Shown here: positions 10,989 through 21,300 of the stretch, one piece after another
Numbering within the stretch: the first letter of the stretch is position 1
Layout of the letters: every line of letters starts with the position of its first letter
DNA from: Ignavibacteriota bacterium
GTDB lineage: Bacteria; Bacteroidota; Ignavibacteria; Palsa-1295
NCBI GenBank assembly: GCA_963787835.1
Contig: CAWBEI010000002.1
Coordinates: 245,486 to 309,485, forward strand
DNA: 64,000 nt
Direction: 5' to 3'
The notes under the pieces: model-generated
The model's database searches: none
Told to the model about the DNA's origin: nothing
Seen by the model: only the letters and a program-made list of their open reading frames with translations
Made by a program: the position numbers and the translations under genes

Positions 10989-12329
10989 TCAAAATTCTAT
11001 CACCGTGATCGTTACGTTGTTGATGCTCGACGTAAAGGAAGTGGCTTCCGCCGTTAGATCAAGATCGATCCAGTAGGTGTTTGTGGATGACAATCCGGTA
11101 ACAACGCTGGTTGCACTGAAAAAAAAGTAGTTGTCCGCGCTATAACTCTGCTCGGAAACCAAAGAGCCAGTGGTGGTTCCCACAGGGCCTGTGGTTTGGT
11201 AGGTCGGGGCAGCACCGGTCCCGAAGCAGATCTGTGCAGTCGAAATATCCGGGGGATTTCCGCTGCTGTTCCACAAATTCCCGGTGGCGATAATGAGCAC
11301 CGTACCACTGAGCGACGGTTTGAAGGTCGCAGTCCCCCCAAATCCAAGCATAACATTATCTTTACTGTTCGTAGTCACATACGGGCCAGCGGTGAAGGTA
11401 AAGTTCGTGGCATTGGGTGCGCCGGAAATAAAATTCGTACCGTCGGACCGAAGAATATTCCCGCTTGCGCCAGCCGACGCGGGGTAGGTTGCTGTGGAGG
11501 GAACGAAGTCCGTGCCGTTCCCGATCAACAGAGTTCCATTCGCCGCTGCGCCGTTAACTTTAATACCCGTGCCAAAACTTAATACTCCGCTGCCGGGGTC
11601 CGTCGGGGATGCAATCCCGAGCGTGGCGCCACTGCTTGAAAAAAGATCGAAATCCGATGAATACCCGCCCGTACCGTTTTGTTGATCCTCGATGTCGAGA
11701 TAGGAAGAGGTCGGACTGCTGGAAGAATTGACAGGCACCACCTGCGCGATCCAGTCGATCGCTTCGCTCGAACCACCCCATCCCCGACCGTTCCAATGCA
11801 GGCGCGGCGAATATTCCTGCGTACCGGATGCTGCGGGAGTAGTATTGCTAAGCACAATTCCATCGGTCGAAGTGGCGCCGATGCTTTGAGATGAACCTTG
11901 CGCGGCCGTCCAGACATTCGTATGCGTGAGAATCATCGCAAGCGCCGTACTGACCCCGTTTCCGGTCAGCGTTACGCCATCGACGCCGAGCGAAGCCCAT
12001 GCGATAGCGCTGCTGTTGTTGGTGATGAGAAACTGGTTTGCAGAACCGGTTGGAATATCACCCACAGGAAGCCCACTCCACGATAGCCCGCCGGAACCAT
12101 TATTGACGAGCGCACCCGCTGCGTTCGATGCCGGAAGCGTGAGTGTGATCGAACTGGTGGGGGTAGCTGCTGAGATCGTGAGCTTATTCGCCGTGCTCGT
12201 GCCGCCGCCAGCGAGAATGAGCGATTGAGCATATTTTTTATCGTACGCCTGGGCGCCAGCTCGCGTCGATATCCCTGCCGCAAATGCGAGCAGGGCTAAG
12301 CCAACCACGGCAAGGTTATTCACTTTCAT
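10989..12329 (-). CDS. secreted fibre-like protein, paralog C (class-1 head)
   Basis: Its stop is 6 nt upstream of the B start. The signal peptide ends ..RAGA and is followed by QAYDKKYAQSLILAGGGTS. It has SPRLHWNGRGWGG..IDWIAQVVP and a head ending TYWIDLDL..VTITVIEF. Confidence 0.9.
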   Translation of the reverse strand: MKVNNLAVVGLALLAFAAGISTRAGAQAYDKKYAQSLILAGGGTSTANKLTISAATPTSSITLTLPASNAAGALVNNGSGGLSWSGLPVGDIPTGSANQFLITNNSSAIAWASLGVDGVTLTGNGVSTALAMILTHTNVWTAAQGSSQSIGATSTDGIVLSNTTPAASGTQEYSPRLHWNGRGWGGSSEAIDWIAQVVPVNSSSSPTSSYLDIEDQQNGTGGYSSDFDLFSSSGATLGIASPTDPGSGVLSFGTGIKVNGAAANGTLLIGNGTDFVPSTATYPASAGASGNILRSDGTNFISGAPNATNFTFTAGPYVTTNSKDNVMLGFGGTATFKPSLSGTVLIIATGNLWNSSGNPPDISTAQICFGTGAAPTYQTTGPVGTTTGSLVSEQSYSADNYFFFSATSVVTGLSSTNTYWIDLDLTAEATSFTSSINNVTITVIEF

Positions 12330-12379
12330 GTGTTAGTGTACGATCCTGCGAATGATGTGGAACATCCCAGGACTTGGGG

Positions 12380-12389
12380 AAAAATCGTT
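12380..12389 (-). promoter_or_regulatory. shared upstream motif (A/G)(A/C)CGATTTTT, copy upstream of paralog C
   Basis: The minus strand reads AACGATTTTT, with 50 nt between the motif and the ATG at 12329. The same 8-mer occurs 49 nt upstream of the ATGs of E (18177) and F (22047). It resembles an nAnnTTTG-type -7 box of Bacteroidota-like promoters. Confidence 0.35.
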
Positions 12390-12529
12390 CTTTCGATCAA
12401 TTGCCAACGTTCGAGCAGCAATAAGCGAGTTATGCCATCCCCTGATTCAGCAACCTGATATCAAACGCTCTGGGGTGGTAATAGGTTTTCAGCCATTGTA
12501 CAGTTCATAGAATGAAAATATTCCTATTG

Positions 12530-12961
12530 CTATTCAAGTTCAAACTGCTGCCATTGATGATCGAACCCGAACATTAGCAAATGAGTCTGCTGCCCTAACA
12601 TTCCTTTTACCTGGGGATGATCGGATCGGTCAAAGAACAGCCGGAAAAACATTCTATTATGTGCGGAATTATCGCAAATCAGGATAAGGAATGTTCCGGG
12701 AGCCACATTATCCGTAGGAAGATAAACCGATACCACTCGGCTCGGCGTATCGTTTAACACCGGCAATCCGTTCAGCAAGTGCTGAACAGGCGGATAGGAA
12801 TTAAGTTCTTTATCTTCGGTGAGTGTATATTGTGCCGAAGGAAATACAAAAGGCCCGCCGCCCGATGAAACGGAGATCGGAGGCGGAATCGTGCGCGGTG
12901 CGGAGCAACCGCTCCACACACAGGTTGCAACAGTGAAAAGCCCTGCCGCCATTCTAGACAT
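12530..12961 (-). CDS. hypothetical small lipoprotein embedded in the fibre array
   Basis: ATG at 12961 gives MSRMAAGLFTVATCVWSGCSAP (lipobox). The protein is 143 aa and starts 14 nt downstream of paralog D's stop. Its composition is ordinary, not Thr/Gly-rich. Confidence 0.6.
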   Translation of the reverse strand: MSRMAAGLFTVATCVWSGCSAPRTIPPPISVSSGGGPFVFPSAQYTLTEDKELNSYPPVQHLLNGLPVLNDTPSRVVSVYLPTDNVAPGTFLILICDNSAHNRMFFRLFFDRSDHPQVKGMLGQQTHLLMFGFDHQWQQFELE

Positions 12962-12975
12962 GTAGGGCAATCCTC

Positions 12976-14664
12976 TTATGGCAGTTCTATAACCGTGAAC
13001 TGCACATTGTTCAAGGCCGAGCCCTGGCACCCACTCGCCCAGGTAGTCCAACCGTCAATCCAATAGGAGTGACCAACGGTCAAGCCGCTAACATAGGCGC
13101 TGACACAGAACGGCGCCTGCTCATCATGCTGACCAGACTCGACAGAAATAGTGCAAAGAGGTCCTAATGACGTTGCTGTTGAAGTAGCTGGTGTGGTACC
13201 CGCATGAGTTGGTGCTACATTCGTGGCGGCATCCTCATAATACATTTGGACCGCCGCTAAGGCGGTGGCTGTGCTGCTGCTGCTATTGGACATAAACAAA
13301 TTTCCGGTGATGTTTATGAGAAACCTTCCCGTCGATTTTGGCGTGAACGTATAGCTAGCCGAGTGTGAAAGCCCGACCCATTGCCCACTGGTCGTGGTAT
13401 CATTACCTGGAGATGCGATGTTCGTGGACTGGTTATAATACTGCGGCGGTGAAGTGCTGCTGTTCCACTGCATGGTCACGGTATTACCCGTGATGTTTGA
13501 AACCTCCATTAATTGGCCGACTGCAGTAGGACCAGCAGCGGGAAGGATGTACGTGTATCCCGTAGTAGCCGCACCACCCTGAATCGTGGTTACAGTGGTT
13601 CCCGCCGTGGAATTTGCAAGGGCAAGAGATCCAGTCGTCGATGCAGCCTTGCCAAGGGTAAGCGCACCGGCAGAAGAAACCGACCAGTTCGAACTGGTGC
13701 CGAGGATATCCGTATTGGTCGTCCCACCGGTAACATTGAGCGTGAGTCCGGTATTCGTTGCCGTGGTACCACTCCACGATCCGGTGGAACTTAAAGAAAG
13801 ACCGGTCTTCGCAATGCTTGTCGTGCTGCTGGTTGCATCGTTCAGGATGGTCGCTTCAGTGAAGGCGGTCGTCTTAGCAGGAGCGCCAGCCGTAACATCG
13901 AACCCTGCGCTGGTTTGCGCGGTGTATTGATTCGCGATAAAAGCGCCAGTCACGTCAGCAGCGACCAGCGAACGGAACGTTGGTGCCCCTGCTGATCCAT
14001 TTGGCGCAGCAAATACTGTGTTCGCCGCCTCAGAAGCCAGCGTGCCTGTTAATGTGCCCGTCGTAGTGACTGGGGAACCTGATATGGTAAAGATCGAGGG
14101 AAGTGCAAGGGCTACGCTTGTCACGCCGGTATTAGCTATGGAGATGGAGCCGACGCCGTTCGTCACCGATACTCCGGTTCCTGCTGTAAGAGTGGTGAGC
14201 GAGTAATTCGTACCATTCCCGATGAGCAGCTGACCGTTCGTAGGTGTCGTCGTCAGCCCCGTGCCGCCATTAGCGACCGGCAGTGCTGTGCCAGAAAGGG
14301 TTAACGCAAGCGTGCCGTTACTCGTGATCGGAGAACCACTGATCGAAAGGAAACTCGGAACCGTCATAGCAACTGAAGTGACAGTACCAATCGCCGACGT
14401 GGACCACGTTAGCCCACCCGTTGTAGTATTAGAAACAAGGGCCAAACCGGTGGAACCCGGCAACGCCGCTGGCAGGGTAAGCGAGAAAGCTGTAGTCGGC
14501 GTCGGAGCAAGGATGGTGACCGTATGAACAACATCCGCCTGACTCCCTGCGAGCGTGATCGATTTAGCATACTCTTTATCCACTGCTTGTGCATGGGCAC
14601 GCCCAGCCATGCCCACTACCGCAGCGAGCATGATCAAATATACAAAGAAATGTTTGGTCTTCAT
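12976..14664 (-). CDS. secreted fibre-like protein, paralog D (class-1 head)
   Basis: The signal peptide ends ..RAHA and is followed by QAVDKEYAKSITLAGSQAD. It has two VTSVA..(V/L)PS(F/I)..ISGSP cassettes, plus TLSGTALPVANGGTGLTT and APTFRSLVAADV. The head ends SYWIDGW..VQFTVIELP. Confidence 0.9.
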   Translation of the reverse strand: MKTKHFFVYLIMLAAVVGMAGRAHAQAVDKEYAKSITLAGSQADVVHTVTILAPTPTTAFSLTLPAALPGSTGLALVSNTTTGGLTWSTSAIGTVTSVAMTVPSFLSISGSPITSNGTLALTLSGTALPVANGGTGLTTTPTNGQLLIGNGTNYSLTTLTAGTGVSVTNGVGSISIANTGVTSVALALPSIFTISGSPVTTTGTLTGTLASEAANTVFAAPNGSAGAPTFRSLVAADVTGAFIANQYTAQTSAGFDVTAGAPAKTTAFTEATILNDATSSTTSIAKTGLSLSSTGSWSGTTATNTGLTLNVTGGTTNTDILGTSSNWSVSSAGALTLGKAASTTGSLALANSTAGTTVTTIQGGAATTGYTYILPAAGPTAVGQLMEVSNITGNTVTMQWNSSTSPPQYYNQSTNIASPGNDTTTSGQWVGLSHSASYTFTPKSTGRFLINITGNLFMSNSSSSTATALAAVQMYYEDAATNVAPTHAGTTPATSTATSLGPLCTISVESGQHDEQAPFCVSAYVSGLTVGHSYWIDGWTTWASGCQGSALNNVQFTVIELP

Positions 14665-14706
14665 GTATTAATTTTTACCGTTAATTCCGAAGATCTGACA
14701 GGATGC

Positions 14707-17700
14707 TTATTTGGATGAGACCACTCTCCACCCGCCGGTAGTATTATAGGTGGAATCATAGATCAATGTCAATATTCCGTCGGGCGCGAGGATCAGGCTA
14801 TTACCGCTACCACCGACGAGATGAATCACGTCCCCAGCCGTACCTGCATCACTATTGAAAGTGATATTATAACTGCCCGTATTCACTAGGATCATGACGC
14901 GACCGTCCGCGCCACCTGTGATACCGTTTACAGTAGCTCCCGACGGACCTCCTGCGGAAATTTTGAAATAGCTGTTGGTTGTGCTTAACGCCCAGGCATT
15001 AGTGCTGCTACCGCTGGTTAGTTGCGTTGGGCTGTTAGAAGTCAGCGCCGCGCCACCGAATGTTTGGGTACCGGTCCAGGTGTTAGCATTGGTAAGATTG
15101 ATGCCGAGTTCATGCGCTGCAACGGTGCCTACCTGCAAGGTTGCATCGTAATTGAGCACATCCGCATTCAGGGTTTTATTAGCGGTGGAACTATTCACCG
15201 AACTCACAAGCGCTGCAGCCTGCGCCGCCGTCGTTGGGAGGGTTTGTGTACCGGTCCAAGTATTAGCATGAGTGACATCAAGCGTGAGCGTAGTGGTTCC
15301 ACCAAGGGCAACCGAACCGCCGCCGGCCAAACCAGAACCCGCCGTGACCGTAAGGCTCGGATTTGCAAGTGCTGAGTTCGGAACCGCAGAAGCGTTGATC
15401 GTCACCGCGCCTGTTCCTCCGCTTAAGCTGATACCCGTGCCAGCGACTGCGGAAGTTACACCTGTATTAGAAAGTGTTACCGTACCGCCAAGCGAAACCG
15501 GCGAACCCGATACCCCAAGACCCGTACCGCCTGTCACCGTGATGCTCGAATTGGCAAGCGCAGAGTTCGGAACCGACGTCGCGTTGACCGTGATCGACCC
15601 AGCGCCGTTCGTGATTGAAATTCCCGTGCCACTCGTAAGTGTTCCAAGCGAAAGAGTATTACCCGTCGTGTTGCCGATCAGCAACTGGCCGTTCGTGTAA
15701 GAGGTCTGACCCGTGCCGCCATTGGCAACCGGAAGGGCTGTGCCCGAAAGTGTTACTCCAAAGGTGCCACTTGATGTAATCGTTGCAGGAGAAACGGAAA
15801 GAAATGTTGGAACCGTCATGCCGACCGAAGTGACCGACCCGCTATTCGTAGTATTCAGCACTGTACCCGTAAAACTGAGACCCGAGCCAAGCGTGATTTC
15901 CTCCGGAACCTGATTTGTAGAGGCCGTCGGATTACCGAGTAGCGTAGTGTGCGTCTCGCTCTGCATCTTGGCATAAGTAACCTTATTCGCCCCGATCGTA
16001 ATGAGACCGGCATCGGTAATCGTCGCATCACCGCTCATTGCAACAGGGTTCCACGCAGGTGTGGATGAATTATAGATGAGCATGTTTGCATCTGCCACGC
16101 TTGCCATCGAACCGAGTGGGGATCCGTTGATCTTCTTTACAGCCGTTGTGCCCTGCGGTCCCGTTACATCACCGGCGAGATTACCACTGAAATTCGTTGC
16201 CGTAGTTCCTGCGGGAAGCGTCACGGTTCCCGTGAAGTTCACCGTGCCAGCAACCGTAGTGTTGCTCGGGCCGGTGTTATTGCCAATGTTAATGTTCATG
16301 GCACCGGAGGTATCGCCAATATTGATAGGATTCGTACCGGTCACATCGATATCGGTCGCTCCTCCCGTTGTGCGCAGCGTTCCAGTGTTGTTAAAGCTGG
16401 TATTCGAGGTCAGTGTGGTGAAAGCACCCGTGCCTGGAGTGGTTGCACCGACCGTGCCATTGAATGCTCCCGCGATGTTGTTGCTCGCGTTCGTGGCTGT
16501 GACGGCACCGGTGAGCGTTGAAGCATTGGTAACCGTGAGGCCTGTGCCTGCGCCATTGAAGGTAGCATCTCCGCCAACCGTCATGGCATTCGCTACGGCA
16601 AATGTTGTTGCATGAGAACCGTTGACCGTTGCCTGTGCTACGTGTGTCGAGGTGTTCTGAAGCGTCACGTCCTGCGTCATCATCGCGGTATCGGCAGTGG
16701 CCGAAGTAGCATCGCCGATGAAAATATCATTCTTCGCTAAACCGAGAGATGAGGAGGATAACGAACCTGCGGGAAGCGTCACCGTGCCAGTGAAGTTAAC
16801 CGTGCCGGCAAGCGTGGTCACGCTCGGGCCGGTATTATTGCCAATGTTGATGTTCATGGCACCGGAGGTATCGCCAATATTGATGGGATTTGTGCCCGTC
16901 GTACTGATATCTGTCGTTCCCGTAGTGCGCAGCGTTCCGGTCGTTTGGATGCTTCCGGTCGTATTGATCACCGTCGAACCGCCGATATTGCCGGCGCCCG
17001 TGATCTGTGCTGCCGGATAGGTCAGTCCGCTCGGGAGCGTCTGTGACCATTGCGGCGTGCCGATCGGAGATGCCGCATTAGTGATAAGAACCGAATTAGC
17101 CGATGGGGCAAGTGGCGTAGCTACGTTGCTCGTATTGCCGACCAACATATATTGATTGGTAAGCCCGATAGAACCCGCTGTAACTGAACCGGAAGGTAAC
17201 GTAACCGTGCCCGTGAAACTTACGGCACCGGCGAGATATGTGGTGCTGCTGTCGCCGGGACTGCCAGCGCTGCCGTTATTACCGATGGTAACCACACCGC
17301 CTGTGCCCGCAGTCGCATCGATACTCGTGTTCGCAGCCGGCGCTGAAGCCGGGCTGTTAATATTTGTGTTGCCATAGACATTGGTCGTGCTCGTGCTGTT
17401 ACCAATGTTGTTCGTTCCACCCGTCGCGCTGTTATCAATATTGGTGGTCGGATTCGAACCGCTGTTATTGAGGCCACCACCGCTCGGTGTGAGGATTCCA
17501 CCTGTGAAGCTTGCCTGACCGGTATTCGTAACATACCATGAATCACCTGTGATGTCATTCACACCGGAACCCGGCGTGGCAGCATTCGACAGGGTAAGCG
17601 GCGTTCCAGATCCAGCACCACTTGCTGGGGTGTTAATCGTTTGCTTAGCCGTCCATGTGTTAGAATTCGCAAGGTTGATACCAAGTTTATTTGAACTAAC

Positions 17701-18177
17701 CGTCAATGTGGAATTGATGTTGAGGACATTAGCATCTAACGAGCCAACAGCAACTTGACCTGTTCCACTGCCATAGTTATTGAGCGCGCCAACAATATCC
17801 GTTCCAGCAGTATTTTCAATGACTGTCGCCAGGGAGGTTCCCCCAACATCACCGGATAAGTTCACAGTGAGTCCGGAGGCTGGGTTGGTCCAGCTAAGAC
17901 CGCCCGTCGTGGTGTTCATGGTAAGGACATATCCGACAACGCCACCAGGCTCCGTGCCAGGGAACGTCAGCGTGAACGATCCTGCGGCCGGAGTCGCCGC
18001 CGAGATCGAAAGCGTGTGCTTCGTATCCGTCCCATTGCCGGCGAGGACCACCCCTGTGGCATGAACGGAATCGTAGGTTTGAGAAAAGGCGCGAGGGGCA
18101 ATGCCAGCCAGTAAGGCAAGCGTCACCGCAACCGTCAAAAAAGTGATCTTGTTTTTCATTGCACTATTCTGAATCAT
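14707..18177 (-). CDS. secreted fibre-like protein, paralog E (class-2 C-terminus)
   Basis: Start is ambiguous between ATG 18177, ATG 18159 and ORF start 18201. The signal peptide ends ..PRAFS and is followed by QTYDSVHATGVVLAGNGTD. TGTNPINIGDTSGAMNINIGNNTGPS..AGTVNFTGTVTLPAG occurs twice internally. It carries the cassette VTSVGMTVPTFLSV..TLSGTALPVANGGTGQTS. The C-terminus ends ..ILTLIYDSTYNTTGGWRVVSSK. Confidence 0.9.
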   Translation of the reverse strand: MIQNSAMKNKITFLTVAVTLALLAGIAPRAFSQTYDSVHATGVVLAGNGTDTKHTLSISAATPAAGSFTLTFPGTEPGGVVGYVLTMNTTTGGLSWTNPASGLTVNLSGDVGGTSLATVIENTAGTDIVGALNNYGSGTGQVAVGSLDANVLNINSTLTVSSNKLGINLANSNTWTAKQTINTPASGAGSGTPLTLSNAATPGSGVNDITGDSWYVTNTGQASFTGGILTPSGGGLNNSGSNPTTNIDNSATGGTNNIGNSTSTTNVYGNTNINSPASAPAANTSIDATAGTGGVVTIGNNGSAGSPGDSSTTYLAGAVSFTGTVTLPSGSVTAGSIGLTNQYMLVGNTSNVATPLAPSANSVLITNAASPIGTPQWSQTLPSGLTYPAAQITGAGNIGGSTVINTTGSIQTTGTLRTTGTTDISTTGTNPINIGDTSGAMNINIGNNTGPSVTTLAGTVNFTGTVTLPAGSLSSSSLGLAKNDIFIGDATSATADTAMMTQDVTLQNTSTHVAQATVNGSHATTFAVANAMTVGGDATFNGAGTGLTVTNASTLTGAVTATNASNNIAGAFNGTVGATTPGTGAFTTLTSNTSFNNTGTLRTTGGATDIDVTGTNPINIGDTSGAMNINIGNNTGPSNTTVAGTVNFTGTVTLPAGTTATNFSGNLAGDVTGPQGTTAVKKINGSPLGSMASVADANMLIYNSSTPAWNPVAMSGDATITDAGLITIGANKVTYAKMQSETHTTLLGNPTASTNQVPEEITLGSGLSFTGTVLNTTNSGSVTSVGMTVPTFLSVSPATITSSGTFGVTLSGTALPVANGGTGQTSYTNGQLLIGNTTGNTLSLGTLTSGTGISITNGAGSITVNATSVPNSALANSSITVTGGTGLGVSGSPVSLGGTVTLSNTGVTSAVAGTGISLSGGTGAVTINASAVPNSALANPSLTVTAGSGLAGGGSVALGGTTTLTLDVTHANTWTGTQTLPTTAAQAAALVSSVNSSTANKTLNADVLNYDATLQVGTVAAHELGINLTNANTWTGTQTFGGAALTSNSPTQLTSGSSTNAWALSTTNSYFKISAGGPSGATVNGITGGADGRVMILVNTGSYNITFNSDAGTAGDVIHLVGGSGNSLILAPDGILTLIYDSTYNTTGGWRVVSSK

Positions 18178-18225
18178 ATGGTTGGGACCCTGCTCGCGCA
18201 CAACGTCCCCTGAAAATTAAATTCC

Positions 18226-18236
18226 AAAAAATCGTT
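18226..18236 (-). promoter_or_regulatory. shared upstream motif AACGATTTTTT, copy upstream of paralog E
   Basis: The minus strand reads GAACGATTTTTTGG, with 49 nt between CGATTTTT and the ATG at 18177. It sits downstream of the hairpin that follows paralog F. Confidence 0.35.
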
Positions 18237-18268
18237 CAACTACTAATAACCGTGTCGTGATCTATTGG

Positions 18269-18321
18269 AAAAAGATCCCGAGGATCCGGGCCGCAGCAGC
18301 ACATCGTTGATGATGTGCTGC
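18269..18321 (-). terminator. hairpin(s) plus T-run downstream of paralog F
   Basis: GCAGCACATC (18296-18305) pairs with GATGTGCTGC (18312-18321) as a perfect 10-bp stem with a 6-nt loop. On the minus strand this is followed by a small CCCG..CGGG stem and TTTTT (18269-18273). Confidence 0.5.
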
Positions 18322-18387
18322 AATGCGCGACCCGATCTCTTCGATATTCATTTCCATTACTCTTATCCTTCGATGCGTCGATCGCGA

Positions 18388-21300
18388 TTACTCCGCACCG
18401 ATAAGACGCCACTTCGAACCGTCATAGATGAGCGTGACGGATCCACCGGGTGTCATAATCACATCACCGCCGTTAAGGACAAGGCTACCGTTGCTATGCA
18501 GCGTGATGTTGTTCGTTGGGTCGGTATTCACAAGCGTGATGATCTGACCCGCCGTCGTATTCGCACCCGTAATACTGTTAACCGTAACCGGCGCTGCCGT
18601 AGCTGTTAGCAGGTAAGCCGAATTGCTGGTGGTAAGCGTAAGCGTTGCCGCTGCAGCAACCGTTGCAGACGAAAGAGCCGTGCTTCCGAGGGTTGTCTGG
18701 CCAACCGCCGTAAGAGTTCCATTTAGCTGCGTAGCGTTCGTAACGGTAAAGCCACTTGCGCCGCTTGCTGCGGAAACAGTTACCTTCCCAACATCAGGTG
18801 TACCCGCCGTGAAAACGATCCCGGCATCACCCGTCATCCCAACGTCCTCGGCATCACTGCTGGCATTGCCAACAAACAGATGACTGGTCGTCAGGCTAAG
18901 TGAACTCGGCGTTACCGAACCCGCAGGCAACTTGACGGTACCTGTAAAATCGACATTGCCAGTAAGATTTACATCGCCATTGATGGTGGTTAAGCTGCTA
19001 TCGAGTGTTCCGATTGTATGAGCTGTCCCGTTGTTACCAATGTTGATGTTTCCGAGCGTTGTTCCTGTACCCGCGTTAATGTTCGTGGTTCCCGTTGCAC
19101 CGGCTGGGGACGGTACATCGATCGTCGTGTTGCCCGTCGAGGTAACCGTGGAGAACGTCTGCAACGTGCTCCAGGAGTTACTATAAGCATCGTTGATGCT
19201 CAAGGTCGTACCAGAGCCAAGAACTGCAGAACCTCCACCGGAAAGTCCCGAACCGGCAGTGACCGTCGTCGCATCGTTCGCAAGATCGCCGTTCGTAACA
19301 GCCGAAGGTTGGATGGTCGTTTTGCCGGTGTTGTCAATATGCACATCACCACTCATCGCAACGCCTGTCGCTATGCTGGGAGTCGCGCCGTTGCCAACGA
19401 AGATGTCGGCAGAGGCAAGGCCGAGGTTAAGATCGCCGGCCGGGATATTCACGGCACCCGTGAAATTCACTGCGCCGGCGATATTCGTCGTGCTGCTGTC
19501 GCCAGGGTTTCCGACGCTACCGTTGTTACCAATGTTGATCACGCCCTCGCTGCCCACTCCAGCATCGAGGTTTGTCGTGGAATTTACGATGCTGCCGGTA
19601 GTTGAGTTGTTAATGTTCGTATTCGCACCGTTGATCGTCGTCGTGCTACCAGTACCAGATGAGCCGATCGTGTTCGAGATATTGGAGGCATTACCATCCG
19701 ATGTGTTCACGCCACCGTTGAAGGTCGCTACACCCGTGTTTGTAACGTTCCATGTGTTGCCAGTGCCGCTAACATCGAGTGACGTGCCTGAAACATCCGT
19801 GTTATTCAAAGACAGCGCTGCACCCGCGACTCCGTTGGTACTACTCGAAGCCGTAAGCGTTGGGATCGTTAAGTCGCTTGGAAGCGTCGTTGCCCATTCT
19901 GGCGTGGTGTGGTCGCTTCCAGCTGTGATGAACACCGAATTGGAAGATGGCGCAAGTGGCGCAGCCACGTTCGGAGTTCCGTTGTTGCCTACAAAGATGT
20001 TCTCATACGCAAGGCCGAGGTTAAGATCGCCGGCAGGAATATTAACCGCGCCAGTGAAATTAACCGTGCCAGCCATATTCGTCGTGCTGCTGTCGCCAGG
20101 GGTTGTCCCACCGTTGTTACCGATGTTGATCACACCTTCAGTGCCAGTTCCCGCATCGATGTTAGTCGTCGAGTTTACGACCGTATTGGCAGGCGAGTTG
20201 TTGAGGTTGGCATTCCCCGTCTCAGTCAAACCACCATTGAACGTCTGCAAGGTGCTCCAGGTGTTCCCATAAGCATCGTTAATGCTCAAGGTCGTACCAG
20301 AGCCAAGAACTGCAGAACCTCCACCGGAAAGTCCCGAACCGGCAGTGACCGTCGTCGCATCGTTCGCAAGATCGCCGTTCGTAACAGCCGAAGGTTGGAT
20401 GGTCGTTTTGCCGGTGTTGTCAATATGTACGTCACCGCTCATCGCAACGCCTGTTGCTATGCTGGGAGTAGCGCCGTTGCCAACGAAGATGTCGGCAGAG
20501 GCAAGGCCGAGGTTAAGATCGCCCGCTGGGATATTCACCGTTCCAGTGAAATTAACTGCACCAGCAAGATAGGTTGTGCTGCTGTCGCTGTAAGGAGGTG
20601 TAGCACCGGCAGTGCCGTTGTTACCAATCGTGACGACCCCCATCGAGCCCGTCGCGTCGATGTCTGTATTATTATCCGGCCCTGTTGCTGGGCTGTTAAT
20701 ATTCGTGTTGCCCAGCACAGTGGTCGTGCTCGGGCCGGCGCTATTGCCAATGTTAATGTTCATGGCGCCGGAGGTATCACCAATATTGACAGGACTCGTA
20801 CCCGTCGTATTGATATCTGCCGCTCCTCCTCCAGTAGTGCGAAGGATTCCGGTTGTCTGGATGCTACCCGTCGTGTTGATAACCGTCGAACCGCCGATAT
20901 TGCCAGCGCCGGTGATCTGTGCAGCCGGGTAGGTCAATCCGCTCGGAAGCGTCTGAGACCATTGCGGCGTGCCGATCGGAGATGCCGCATTGGTGATAAG
21001 AACCGAATTGGCCGATGGCGCAAGTGGCGTAGCATCGTTGCTTGTATTACCAACCAACATGTATTGATTGGTAAGCCCGATCGAACCTGCCGTGACCGAG
21101 CCGGAAGGCAATTGAACCGTTCCAGTGAAATCAACCGCACCGGCGAGATACGTCGTGCTGCTATCTCCGGAACCAGTGCCATTATTACCAATTGTTACGA
21201 CGCCCTTATCGCCAGTCGCATCAATGTCGGTGTTAGCATCCGGCCCCGTAACTGGGCTGTTAATATTCGTGTTGCCATAGACATTGGTTGTGCTCGTGCT

